Below are positions 20,607-31,116 of a stretch of 33,639 nucleotides of DNA, piece after piece; position 1 is the stretch's first letter; each line of letters opens with the position of its first letter. Made by a program: the position numbers and the translations under genes. The notes under the pieces were generated by a model that saw only the letters and a program-made list of their open reading frames with translations, was not told the origin of the DNA and did not search any database. Source of the DNA: Thraustochytrium aureum (lineage: Eukaryota); the NCBI GenBank assembly GCA_012862495.1, contig BLSG01000357.1, forward strand, positions 26,632 through 60,270. Reading direction: 5' to 3'.

Positions 20607-23346
20607 TCTCAGCACTTTACGGGCTGGTTGAGCAGCAGGCGCTCGGTGCCGCCTGCGCGGCCTTCCAGCAAGTTGCCGAGGTCCTGTTGGAGAGCCGGGA
20701 CAGCGAGCTGCACCTAGAGTTAGTCGCGTTGGCGCGCCGCCTCTCAGACTCTGACGCGCGGCGGGCGTGGGACATTGCTCCATTCGTGTGGCGGCAAGTT
20801 CTCCACGAGCGTAGCTCGCATACCTTGGGCAGCCCTTGGTCGTCCAGGCGGCTGCACGTCCTTGACATCGCATCTCTTGCGATAGGCGCGAGTCGTGGTT
20901 GTAGGAGCGCGGTTCAAAGTGTCGTGCTTGGCCTCGACCCCGACTGCCTTCCGCTCGAGAAGCTCGTCGCTCAAGCAGTAAACCCGCCAAGCGGCCCGCT
21001 CGAAACAATCGGGGTTGTCGCTTTGGTTGACGCGGTACTCGAGGCCAACGCCCCGCTTGGTTGCTCGCTGGCGTGGCGAGTTTTTCAAGAGGCGTGCAGG
21101 AGTGAGAAAGAGGCTCTTCTTCAGAGTCTTTGCGAGGCCGTCTGTATGGCGCCTCATGTAGACGGACTGCTTCGCGGTGCGGCGGCTCTTGGCACGGTCT
21201 CGAGCGAGCCCAGTCTTGTCGAATTCGATGAGTTTCTGCGCAGCGTCTTTGGGGCGCTTGGCGGGCCGCCGTCACTTGAGCGCCACGCTGGGGAGGCCGT
21301 GGCGGTACGAGAGTGCTGGCAGGCGGACCTCGCGACAGTTCTTTCCTATGCCCCTGCGTGCAGGGCTTGGCTGCTTGCACAGGCATCGGCCGGCCACGTT
21401 GGTGGTCTCGCCGCAGCCGCGCTCATCTCGTCTCACCACGCGCACGCCAAGCGCCGGCGCGAGATGCCGAAGCGGCGAAGCTGGGGCCGGCTCTGGCTGC
21501 GGCCGAACACCAGATCGCATGTGCAAGCGAGGAAGATGCGGTTGTCGCCGCAGCGGCTTTGATTGAAGCTGCGGCGAGGCTTGGCACGCTGGATCGCCAG
21601 AGGTGCAACCGCATCATATCGCGGACTGTCTTGCCGCAGCTGGCGGCGCTTGAGGTAGCCACACGCGTTGGCGAGGATGGCGTTGTGCAAGTGGTGTGCT
21701 GGCCAGACCCCGAGCCGCGCGTTTCGCAGCTTGTAAGCTGCTTGGCTGCGCTACTAGCGGTGACCTGGGACTCGGCGGCGCCCCTTGTAGCGTTTTGTGA
21801 GCCACCGACTGCTGCCCCCTCGGCGTCGCCGGTGCTAGCTTGCATCGTGTGCAACGCTCTCCAAAAGTCGAGCGCTCGCGAGGCCAGGGACGAGTTGCTG
21901 CGGGCCGTCGCCGCATGCTGCCAAGTAGGACAAGCGCGGCCAGCTGGCCCGGGCCGGCGCTCGCGCCGACGGAACGAGCACCACCTTGCCCGAGGGCTGG
22001 ACGCAAACTTAGTACGACGGTTTCTCTTAGAGTGGCCTGCAAAACAAGCCGGGCTGGACCAGGGTTGCGCGCAGGGCTTAAACGCAGAGGGCCACGCCGA
22101 GCCTGCGATTCTGGCGCTTCTGCGCTCCATTGTCACGCTCTACGCCCAGAACTCTTGTGGGGTGCGGATGGAAGGCATTGATCGCCGTCTTGCAGAAGCC
22201 GCAGATGCTGTCCTTGCGGGACCGGACGCAGACAAAAGACAGCTGAACTGCGCGTGCCGGGATTGCTCCCGAGTCTCTGAGCAGGAGAACCTCGTGCTCG
22301 CAGCAGCAGCTCAGGACGCAACATGGCTTGACCAGGCTCTTGCCAGGAGGCATGGCGATCCCCGAGCCCCAACACCTTTTGTGTACTTTGCTCTGCGCGT
22401 GAAAACGGCGCTCGCCTCCTCGCGCGCGGTGGACACATTCGTCAGCGCTGCGCTGCTGTGCCGAATTGCGACTACTGACGAGGAGATGCGTCTTGCTGCG
22501 CGAATAGTGCGCAAGTGCCTTCGGCGGCCAGAGCTGATCCGGCACTGCCTTGAGAGCCCGCATCTCTGCGACGGGCTCGTTGCAGGAAGTGGCAACAGGG
22601 TCGCCAGCGCCCCCCAATCCCAGGATTTCGCTGGCCGCTTGGCACGTGCCATGCCGGCGATGCTCGTTGGAGTGCGTCAGGCTGGGCGCACCTCGGACAG
22701 CTTTCACCTTTTGCTGCGAACGTGCTGCACCAGCATTCTTTGCGAGATGGTCGTCAAAGAGGAACGAGACGCAGCGCTCGCCTTTCTCAGCGACTTTGCT
22801 GGAGCCCTCACAGCGCAGTTCCAGAGTGCCACCCGTGATGCTGCAGGTGGGCCGCCGGCTGAGGAGGCGTCGGCAGTGTGCGAGCTTGCCTTGGCCGCCT
22901 CGCTCTGCGCCCTAGCGTGTGCTGCTCAACTGGACGAAGAGTCATCTTGGGCGCAGGGGTGCGACGTGCTTCTCTCCACGTTGCGCACCGTCGTCGAAGC
23001 CAGCCCACTCAGACTATGGGAGGATTGGTTTGATAAGCGCACCTGCGATGCGGCTGCATGGGTTGTCAAGGAGGCCTGCGGGATGGTTCGAGCCACAAAG
23101 GCGCGCTTGGGCCCGCGAAGCAGGGAGCGAGCTGCGTTTTGCCAGGATCGCCTTGCCCGTGGCGGGTTTCCGGCGCTCCAGAAACGGCTCGCAGCCCTCC
23201 TGCTCGACCCGTCAAGCGTGGCGCCAGGCGCGTCCGCGGCCGCACGGCCACCAAAGCGCGCTTGGCTTTCAGGAAGTTCTGCAAGGAGCAAGCGCATTCG
23301 CGTTGAATCGGCGGGCCAGAGCAAGGCCGCGTGCGCCTTGCCCTAG
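20607..23346 (+). CDS. Hypothetical large alpha-helical (Ala/Leu-rich, ARM/HEAT-like) protein; 5' end in the gap; frameshift near 21440-21460
   Basis: Two long overlapping open frames (to 21562, and 21313-23346) with the same amphipathic-helix composition; basic C-terminus (RPPKR..RSKRIR). No family recognised. Confidence 0.6.
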
Positions 23347-24443
23347 GACTCGCAGAGCCCGTCTACCGGGATCACACCAGCTCTGCGGCGGTCGCGCTCC
23401 GACTTGCGCACTTGTGCAATGGTGTCCAGCTCGGCCTTCATCGCAACCATCAGGGCGTGGCTGTCCCGCTTGGAGAGCGGCAGGGTTTCCGCTATCCAAA
23501 CCACATCGTAAGTGCGCGTGTGCATGTCGCGCTTGGCGTCGTAAAACTTGGAATAAAAGCGCATTTCGAAGGCGAGCCCAGGCTTGAGCTTGCGCACGAT
23601 ACTGAAACACAGGTCAGGCGAGTAGGTCTCGTAATCAATATCAAAGCCGACGCAGAAAGGCCACCGCAACGGGAATCTAGCGCGGGGGCAATAGACCGGG
23701 TGCGGGAAAGCGAAGACGTGCGACATGGACCAGGCAAAGTAGAAGCGCTCGTCGCGGCTACGAAAGCCCGTCTGCGAGTAGCCGAGCTCCTCGTCCGTCG
23801 CGGCGAGCTTGGCAAGCGCCGGGTCGGCACGGTGGACCTCCTTAAGGAGGAGTCCAGCCACCGCGCCCTTGTCTTGGACCTGCCAAGTGTCTTTGAAACC
23901 GAGCCGCTTGATAGACTCGGCCTGCGTGCCGCCTTGTCCGGCGGTGAGCGAGACCCACACTTGCCCTCTGTCGCGTTCCAGCAAGGGGGCGGCGGAAACG
24001 AAGAACCGCTCGAGGAGCTCTCGGTTGGCCTGGATGCGGCTCTTGCCTCCGTAGTGCGGGTAGTTGAACACGATCCTTTCGGCAAACACAGCCTCGCCGT
24101 CCGGCCCGAACAGCCTCTCGCGCTGCGCCGGGAGCCGCGTTGCGTCCACCTCAAAGTGAACGTCCACAAAGTCCATCTCGCTCAAGCGCGCAAAGATCTC
24201 GCCGAATCGCCGATACCTCTCTGACATCAGCTCTCGGCTCTCCAGCGCCGTCGCCACGACCCGCAGCTCCTTGTGCCATCCCTGCGCCGCGCAGAGCCGC
24301 GCGAACGAGAGCGAGTACGACAGGTCGCCGTCGCCGACAATCAGCACCACCAGCGGCGCTGCTCCCCGCCGCCGCGTCTCCTCGACCCGCGCCTCGAGGC
24401 CCAAGTTGCTCAGGTCGGCCTCCAGCGAGCAGCTGCCCTCCAT
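23343..24443 (-). CDS. FDXACB1: FDXACB1-like protein: BMT5-like (DUF2431) Rossmann methyltransferase domain + C-terminal ferredoxin-fold anticodon-binding domain
   Basis: LIVGDGDLSYSLS, VATALES, FEVDATRL, RIVFNYPHYGGKSRIQANRELLERFFVSA, VSLTAGQGGT, WQV, GYSQTGFRSRD; C-terminal pattern VGF..F..KFYD..RTY....ETLPLSK..L resembles FDX-ACB. ATG at 24443. Confidence 0.82.
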   Translation of the reverse strand: MEGSCSLEADLSNLGLEARVEETRRRGAAPLVVLIVGDGDLSYSLSFARLCAAQGWHKELRVVATALESRELMSERYRRFGEIFARLSEMDFVDVHFEVDATRLPAQRERLFGPDGEAVFAERIVFNYPHYGGKSRIQANRELLERFFVSAAPLLERDRGQVWVSLTAGQGGTQAESIKRLGFKDTWQVQDKGAVAGLLLKEVHRADPALAKLAATDEELGYSQTGFRSRDERFYFAWSMSHVFAFPHPVYCPRARFPLRWPFCVGFDIDYETYSPDLCFSIVRKLKPGLAFEMRFYSKFYDAKRDMHTRTYDVVWIAETLPLSKRDSHALMVAMKAELDTIAQVRKSERDRRRAGVIPVDGLCES

Positions 24444-24665
24444 CGCCGCCCGCGCACGGAGTAGTCGGTGCAGCTCCGCCTCGTGTCGCCCGATGGTTTG
24501 GCGATCGATCAACGCCTGTCACAGCCAGCCAGCCAGCCAGCCACTCAGCAAGCCGCCACAACCGCGACGGACAGAGATCGCGCGCCCGTTCGTTCATCTT
24601 CAGTGATTCCGCATGCGCGGTCGCCGCATCGCTGCGCCAGGAGCACCAAAGCCGTTCACCGCGGC

Positions 24666-24667
<2 letters not shown>

Positions 24668-24715
<48 letters not shown>
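24668..24715. repeat. (CAG)16 perfect microsatellite upstream of FDXACB1
   Basis: Counted directly in the sequence. Confidence 0.98.
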
Positions 24716-24716
<1 letters not shown>

Positions 24717-24969
24717 GGGCAGGGACTGCTGTCGACGCCGCTGGGCTCTGGGCGGATGGTTGCGCAGGCTAGCCACGGTCCGACGGCTCTGAGCTGAGCT
24801 CGCACAGATGCGACAGACTGCGGCAGTGATCAAGACGGCCCTGTGGTGGGATCGAAGCAGATCCCTCGCCATCATGCTCGTGGAGCTTTTTTTTCGATGG
24901 TTCATGGTGTTACTGGGTTTTTGAACTCGGAAAAAAAGATGCCCTTGACGAACTCGGCTCCCTCCTGCG

Positions 24970-25385
24970 GCAGCCAGTGACGGGACATCTCTGCGCGCGA
25001 CGGAGGCAGCGTGCTGAAGACCCCCCAGAACAGTATCATAGGAACCGTGCTGACAACCACATCCTGAAGATGGCGATGAGCCTGACGAATAATGGATGGC
25101 CTTCCGATGCTGAATTGAGACGTGGGTGGCAAACTTGTTGACGAACGATCACCCGCGGAGCCAAAGAGCAGCACCAAGCAACCTCTCGGTGGAGAAGCTG
25201 GAGATAATCAGAGGAAGCCTACGTGCCCCAGCCACCAGCGGCCTCGATCACGAAGGGTAGGACGGTCTTGTCGGAGAGCGACTCGTTAGCTGCATGTTTT
25301 GTTTGCTGTTTCCAGCTTCGCGAATCGCCGTGGCGCGGCCAACCTGCCCCGCGTGGTTGAGCAAGGGATGGCAGGAACCGGTCAA
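24970..25385 (-). mobile_element. Degenerate RLE-type (CRE-like) non-LTR retrotransposon 3' fragment
   Basis: Across a frameshift and a stop: HAGQVGRATAIREAG/KQQTKHAANESLSDKTVLPFVIEAAGGWGT*ASSDYLQLL, fitting the restriction-like endonuclease tail G.AA..E..K..KY...PF..E..G..G..A..L. It is followed by FVNKFATHVSIQHRKA, shared with the other copies. Confidence 0.65.
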
Positions 25386-27200
25386 AAGTATGAAAAAATA
25401 CAAAAGCGCAACCAGGAGCAAAGTGAGTTTCATGTTTGCTCATGCCAAGCCTGTCTCGCACGAACGAAAAAGGACAATCGACCTGGCTCACACTCAGCTT
25501 CCAAGCCGGAGATCGGTGAGCGATGACGCAAGCGCCCTCGCGATGCCGTCCAGGGTGATGCCTTCTAGAGTGAAACAGAGTCGCAGCTCATGTCATCAGA
25601 GTTTTGGAATCGATCTTGGCGCATAATGGAGCTCGCTCGCTTGCCTGCACTCGGCGTCTCGACGGCTTGGGACGGAGCAAGAGAGCCACTTGCCTTGGAG
25701 CGCAGCAGGTTGGTATCAGTGTCGAAGGCAAAGGCAGAATCTCGTTCTCGCCAAAAACCGTTATCCGCACTGGAGAGGCTCTGCGAGCAGAAAGCAAGTC
25801 GTTCCACGTGTCTTTGAAATAGTTGGGCCCCAGCCGGGTTCTCGATTTGAGCACGCTGAAACCTAGAAGCGCAGTACATTTCGCCTCTAGAGGCTGTTGC
25901 TTTTGGTTCCCTCACTGTCCTTGCAGCACCACAGACGATGTGAGCGAGTCACCATTGCGCAGTTTCCAGACTCGCACTCGTAGTAGTCGTCCTTGGAGCG
26001 ATCTCCGTCCTTGAGAGAGCCGTAAACCAGTTCGAAGCCCCGGCCGAAACCGCGTACCGCTTGCTCGTGCGCATCAGGTCTGCGCCAATGGGGCAAGGCG
26101 GGCCGCCAGGGCGGCTCTGACAGTACTAGTAGGTCTGCCCGAAGTCCACGTGAGCCGGCTCCTGAGTCACGGCAAACGAGGCTTCCGCCTTTGGAGTTCC
26201 GTCCGCAATGGCCGCTGATGCAGGCGCCGTTTTCGTTGCAGGACGCACCATCGTTCGCTAGAGCAATGCTTTTAGTGGCACCATTTTCTCGCGCACGCCG
26301 TGTCAGACCACCGCCCCTTCGGTCCCAAGCCCAGGCCCAAGAGCACGGCGACCCGTGGCCAAGTTGTCCCTGCTCGCTCAAGAGCGAGCTGCCGGTCGAC
26401 GACATGACGACTTTCGGGCGTGCAATCTTGCCAAGCGCCTCTTCCCGGGCTTCCCGCAGTTGGACCCGACGATGGCTTGCAGCAGCCGGCCCCTGTCCGA
26501 CCCATCCGCCCTTGTGACGCGATGTGACGATGTTGCATGCGAAACGATTTGCGAGGCGAAATCGCTGTTGCTCGTTGATCTTTCAAGAAAGGGCGAACGT
26601 CGTTTTCTCGCCGAGGCTCCACCCGGCCAGGCCGCGAGTTATCCTCTGCGAGAGACCGGCCGTGAGCAAGCGGGAGTCGCGCGTCATCGCGCCCACCTTG
26701 CTTTATGCGACTTCGGACGGTGGGCTTGGCACGCGGTGCGGGCTGCCCGCAGGAGGTTTAAATCGAATCTTTGCGGAATCTTTGCGGCTTGTGTGCAAGC
26801 AAGTACGAGAGCGAGTACTCCACCCGGCCGTTGTGCGTGCAGAGGGTTAGGAGTACGTGCTCCCTATCATGATGTGGCTTTCAGAGGATGCTCAATGTTT
26901 CCGTGGCCCGTCTGCGGCCTGTTGGTAGGTTGGTAATGCCTCGTTTTTAGGGGGCAAGGTTAGAGACTTTGCGTACGCGGGAGAGGGATTTTGCTGCCTG
27001 CTCGTTCTGTTCCGGGCGACCGCATCACTCAGCGATGCGGCCAGCAGGTGCCGAACGCGGGAAGGCAAGCGGGAAGCGCAAGACAGTCCGCAACACCGAG
27101 GGCTGCCCGGATCCTGCACTTGTGGAAACCGGGGATCGGCGGTCGCAGTCTCGAGGTCCCGTCGAAGGCGCTCCTAGGCTACACGGACAACGCTCGAGCC

Positions 27201-28592
27201 ATGGGTGGTGCGGAGAAGACTCGTTCGGTGCTGGCTGCGGTGTTGCTTGGCGTTTGGGCGACCTTGTGGTGGCTGGACATTCTTGGCAGTTATGGGCTCA
27301 ATTTTGACGTACCGCAATTGTTGCAGTCCGGAAACCTTAGCCACGTTCATAGGCCTAACTTGAGTGGCGTTGAGCCGCTTGCGCGGGCTCCCAAGCTACC
27401 TGCTGTCGATGAAACCCTGGCCACGCCGGAGCAAAAACCCCAAGCCGGTAGTGTGGTCAAAGGTTTGGATGTGGAGTTTGGCCACCATCTACAACGGAAC
27501 GACGAGAAGCAACAAGGAGGAGGCGGAGCACCGCTTGAACATGATCAGGGGAGACATTCGGATGACGGCAAGGACAGCATCGAGTCCGTTTCTTCTGGAA
27601 AGCGTGTTGAGCGGTCTGACGGTGTCGCTGCCAACCAAAATGGCACTCGCAGTCCCCCTGTCGCCTTGGACATCGTGGAGCGCAAGGAACTCTACCATGT
27701 GATTCTGGTCTACGACAAGCACGTCCCTGTGGGGTCCTGGTGCGCAGTAGAGTCACTTGCGAACGCGCTGAAGGAGAGGCCGGCGAGCGTTGTGTGGGTT
27801 TGGATGTCGAACGCAGCACTCTGGCCTCGGCAGCTTTCTGGCCTCATTGAGTCCGCCAAAGTCAAAGTCATGCAGATGAACTTTAGCGCAGTAGTCGCTG
27901 GGTCCCCCGTTGAGGAATTCTACAAGCGGCCGAACTTCGCCTACGGCCAATATGCTCAGCAAAACCGAGCGAACGCTTTGCGGTTGGCCGTTGTTCACAA
28001 GTACGGTGGCATGTACCTCGACTCCGACTTTATCGTTGTTAGGGATCCTTCGTCGCTCGAAAACGGTGCGAATCTTCAAAGCCCGAACACCATGAACAAT
28101 GCCGTATTCAAGTTTGATCGTGGTGCAAAAATCCTCGAATACCTCATGACTGACTTCGTGATGCAGTACAACGGCAATGCTTGGGGTAACCAAGGCCCAG
28201 GTTTGTTCACGCGCCTGCTTCTGAATGGCGCCAAAAGCGGACCGAAGCACGAGGCGCTGTGCAAGTACAACGTGACAGCTCAGTCGGTCAAGTGCAAGGG
28301 CGCGGAAAAGGGCATGCAGGTTTGGTCAATTCCCTATATGTCACCCATCCCGTTTCCTGAGTGGAAGATGTTCTTTCGCCCGAGTACAGAGGAAAGTCGC
28401 AGACAAGTGCTCCAAAGCCAGACGTTCATGGTGCACTTGTGGCACAAGCTCTCAAAGGCAGAGGAGACACTGCTTTGCAAAAAGGGTCGAGCCGCGTACA
28501 CGACGACCCTGCTTGGAAGCCTCCGCGAGGAGTTTTGCCCCATCACGGTGGATATTTCAGCTTCAGGCGGCGATTGTGTGTTTCGACTGTAG
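27201..28592 (+). CDS. GT32-family alpha-1,4-glycosyltransferase (A4GALT/Gb3-synthase-like), type II membrane protein
   Basis: N-terminal TM anchor (VLAAVLLGVWATLWWLDIL), stem, CAVES, ANALRLAVVHKYGGMYLDSDFIV (DxD motif), NNAVFKF, WGNQGPGLFTR, VHLWHK. Confidence 0.92.
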   Translation: MGGAEKTRSVLAAVLLGVWATLWWLDILGSYGLNFDVPQLLQSGNLSHVHRPNLSGVEPLARAPKLPAVDETLATPEQKPQAGSVVKGLDVEFGHHLQRNDEKQQGGGGAPLEHDQGRHSDDGKDSIESVSSGKRVERSDGVAANQNGTRSPPVALDIVERKELYHVILVYDKHVPVGSWCAVESLANALKERPASVVWVWMSNAALWPRQLSGLIESAKVKVMQMNFSAVVAGSPVEEFYKRPNFAYGQYAQQNRANALRLAVVHKYGGMYLDSDFIVVRDPSSLENGANLQSPNTMNNAVFKFDRGAKILEYLMTDFVMQYNGNAWGNQGPGLFTRLLLNGAKSGPKHEALCKYNVTAQSVKCKGAEKGMQVWSIPYMSPIPFPEWKMFFRPSTEESRRQVLQSQTFMVHLWHKLSKAEETLLCKKGRAAYTTTLLGSLREEFCPITVDISASGGDCVFRL

Positions 28593-28878
28593 AAAAAAAA
28601 GTCCATGAATGCAGATTGTGCTCGTTTCCCTGTTTGCAGCCCGGACGCCTCGTGCGCAGACATCAGCAAGGCCGTGCAAAGGCTCGCGCGAGTCAAGCCG
28701 TTTCCGGAATTGTGTTTGGGGCCGCGAGGTGTTTCGATGGCTGGCTTGAGGAAAACGACTGTATCGATAGGTAGAGGGAGTACTTGCACCGTCTACAAGC
28801 ATCGGCATCCTCCTTGGCTCGACCAAGAGGCGTTGCTTGGTGCAACTACTCTAGCTAGTATTTCGACCCGAGCGTTTA

Positions 28879-28918
28879 TCGTCATCAAGTTTTTCCCGGA
28901 CGTTTCGTGTCACCATCG
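28879..28918 (+). mobile_element. Short fragment of the same dispersed retroelement repeat (abuts a gap)
   Basis: tcgtcatcaagtttttcccggacgtttcgtgtcaccatcg aligns without gaps to the approx. 25105-25144(-) copy and shares GGACGYYTCGTGTCAMCAYCG with 13287-13307(-) and 32401-32421(+). Confidence 0.6.
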
Positions 28919-29265
28919 NNNNNNNNNNNNNNNNNNNNNNNNNNNNNNNNNNNNNNNNNNNNNNNNNNNNNNNNNNNNNNNNNNNNNNNNNNNNNNNNNN
29001 NNNNNNNNNNNNNNNNNNNNNNNNNNNNNNNNNNNNNNNNNNNNNNNNNNNNNNNNNNNNNNNNNNNNNNNNNNNNNNNNNNNNNNNNNNNNNNNNNNNN
29101 NNNNNNNNNNNNNNNNNNNNNNNNNNNNNNNNNNNNNNNNNNNNNNNNNNNNNNNNNNNNNNNNNNNNNNNNNNNNNNNNNNNNNNNNNNNNNNNNNNNN
29201 NNNNNNNNNNNNNNNNNNNNNNNNNNNNNNNNNNNNNNNNNNNNNNNNNNNNNNNNNNNNNNNNG

Positions 29266-31116
29266 GTCCTAGCGACAGCGACAGAGGCGCCAGATCAAAC
29301 CGGTTCTGCGACAACGACAGGGACGCCAGTTCAAACCGGTCCTGCGACAACGACAGAGGCGCCAGTTCAAACCGGCCCTGCGACAACGACAGGGACGCCA
29401 GTTCAAACCGGTCCTGCGACAACGACAGAGGCGCCAGTTCAAACCGGCCCTGCGACGACGACAGAGGCGCCAGTTCAAGCCGGTTCTGTGAGAGCAACAG
29501 AGGCGCCAGTCCAAATCGAGAAGCCGCGAGTGCAGGACAGGATGGCCCTCGCGTGCATGGGCTGGATCAACCAGAAAAACCCAGCCCTCAGATTCTCGCC
29601 GCTAGCACCGCCGGAGGTTGTTAAGCGCATCATGAGCGTGGGCGCGAAGACGCAATTCGGCCGCCGTGGTGTAGAAAACTTTGTTCGCCGACTGGTTCTC
29701 GGCGAGTCGCTCACAATCATGGTCCTTGGCGGCTCAAACGGCAATCGCATGGGCGACTCGCGCTGTTATGTCCCGTCCCATCTGTTGCGGGCTAACACGC
29801 CCCAGTCATACCCTGAGATTCTGGAGCACCTTTTCAACACGATCGCTCCGGGGCAAGTCACGATGGTGAACAAAGCCACGAGCGGGGCAGACAGCTGCCT
29901 GGCTGCAGCTTTCGCCGAGGAGTGGAGCAAGAAAGCCCAGCCAGATCTCGTCTTGTTCGAGTTTTCTGCAAATGACCGGTTGGGGCGGGACGAAGCCTTT
30001 GACGAGTGCACAGAGAGAGCGGTGCGCGGCGTGCTGAGCCAGAGGCCCGAGGCGATGCTTATGGGCATCGAGACGAACTACCCAACGATTGATTTCATCG
30101 ACAAGATCCGCGCGATGCACTTGGGTGTCTTCCAGCACTACCAGATGGCTTATTTGGGCTTGGACGCTGCCGACCTTATTGGCGACAACGAAAAGCGCCT
30201 GCTGAATGCGACCTTGATCCGGCCCGCGCATTTGCACGCTTGCGACATCTACAAGTATTTCCCACGGAGCAAGTTCAACAAGGTTACATTGATTGTGAGC
30301 CGCCCACACATGGGGTTCTTCGGTTCCTGGGTTCTCGTCGGCCAATTCGCCACGTTTCTCGCACAAGAGCTCCGGGCTATCCCGGACGCTATCATAGGGG
30401 GCAACGCACGCCTAAAGTCGTTACCACTGCCCTCGCCAAAGCTTGCCACTTGGACCGCACACGTGCTCTGGAGCGCAAGCGCAGACTCTGCATCTCCGCA
30501 GTTGTGGAAGCTAGACGCGGCCCTCAAGAGCAAGTGCGTACCAAACGGAACGTTTGTCGCGGTGGAGGACATCGTTTCCGGCACGAGGCACATTGACCCC
30601 GTCGCTTGCCCGACGCTTGCAGGAGCGATCCAGGACTATCGCGTAGCTGCCGTGAAGGAGTCGGCCGCATATTTCGTGCCGCTCCGCAAGCGCGCCTTCA
30701 GCTTCATACCGGAGCGCATGGACAAGGGTCTTCCTCCTCGCAAGTACGGCTGGGTCTCGCGAGCCAAGGATGCCAGCCTTGTCTTCCAGCCGCGCCCGCC
30801 GGCGACGGCAGCAAACTACAGCATCTATCTGGACTACCTCCGATCCTACAACTCGATGGGGAAGTTCCGCGTGGACGTCGTTGATGCGACAAGTAGAGAC
30901 GTCGTCCGCTCCAAAGTCCTCAATGGCGCGTGGGACAACAAGGTTTCGCTGCTCCACTCGACTCCAGTCGCCATGGGCCTGACTGGGCTCTACGAAGTTT
31001 GCATCACCAACCTCAGCAGCCCCAAAAAGGTCAAGATCCTCGGCCTGCGCGTCGTGGTGTTCGAAGACCCACCAGTCTTGTCGAACGCATCACGCAGCCA
31101 GCGAAATGCAGAATGA
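29266..31116 (+). CDS. SGNH/GDSL-family esterase/acyltransferase-like protein with a Thr/Pro-rich repeat stem; 5' end in the gap
   Basis: Block I IMVLGGSNG, block II NKATSGADS, block III DLVLFEFSAND, block V-like SRPHMGFFGS; C-terminal beta domain (YLRSYNSMG..LNGAW..KVKILGL). The frame is open from the gap through the repeats. Confidence 0.75.
   Translation, partial: VLATATEAPDQTGSATTTGTPVQTGPATTTEAPVQTGPATTTGTPVQTGPATTTEAPVQTGPATTTEAPVQAGSVRATEAPVQIEKPRVQDRMALACMGWINQKNPALRFSPLAPPEVVKRIMSVGAKTQFGRRGVENFVRRLVLGESLTIMVLGGSNGNRMGDSRCYVPSHLLRANTPQSYPEILEHLFNTIAPGQVTMVNKATSGADSCLAAAFAEEWSKKAQPDLVLFEFSANDRLGRDEAFDECTERAVRGVLSQRPEAMLMGIETNYPTIDFIDKIRAMHLGVFQHYQMAYLGLDAADLIGDNEKRLLNATLIRPAHLHACDIYKYFPRSKFNKVTLIVSRPHMGFFGSWVLVGQFATFLAQELRAIPDAIIGGNARLKSLPLPSPKLATWTAHVLWSASADSASPQLWKLDAALKSKCVPNGTFVAVEDIVSGTRHIDPVACPTLAGAIQDYRVAAVKESAAYFVPLRKRAFSFIPERMDKGLPPRKYGWVSRAKDASLVFQPRPPATAANYSIYLDYLRSYNSMGKFRVDVVDATSRDVVRSKVLNGAWDNKVSLLHSTPVAMGLTGLYEVCITNLSSPKKVKILGLRVVVFEDPPVLSNASRSQRNAE
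29272..29523 (+). repeat. Coding minisatellite: 7 x 36 bp, consensus peptide ATTTEAPVQTGP
   Basis: Units ATATEAPDQTGS, ATTTGTPVQTGP, ATTTEAPVQTGP, ATTTGTPVQTGP, ATTTEAPVQTGP, ATTTEAPVQAGS, VRATEAPVQIEK, in frame with the SGNH ORF. Confidence 0.95.

Larger units (their letters stand above)
1906..29264. other. Eight assembly gaps (N runs): 1906-2612, 4495-5140, 7313-7455, 10924-11617, 12624-13259, 15868-16149, 19949-20606, 28919-29264
   Basis: Directly visible; ORF-track entries that span X runs are not reliable. Confidence 1.

Noticed and set aside
1630..21386. Long ORF-track entries spanning X runs (e.g. 1678-3474, 9499-11688, 12286-14046, 19869-21386)
   Set aside because: Artefacts of translating through N gaps in GC-rich DNA; no motifs on those frames.
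24140..24905. PolyQ/polyS/polyA ORFs over the CAG tract
   Set aside because: Short, partly antisense to FDXACB1, and with no coding signal beyond the repeat itself.
25450..27150. Short ORFs on both strands (e.g. 26355-26936, 25887-26405)
   Set aside because: No recognisable motifs or consistent codon bias; possibly a decayed gene or element, but I cannot support a call.
29272..29523. 36-bp repeats as a possible CRISPR array
   Set aside because: The units are contiguous with no unique spacers, in frame within a CDS, in a eukaryotic context with no cas genes.
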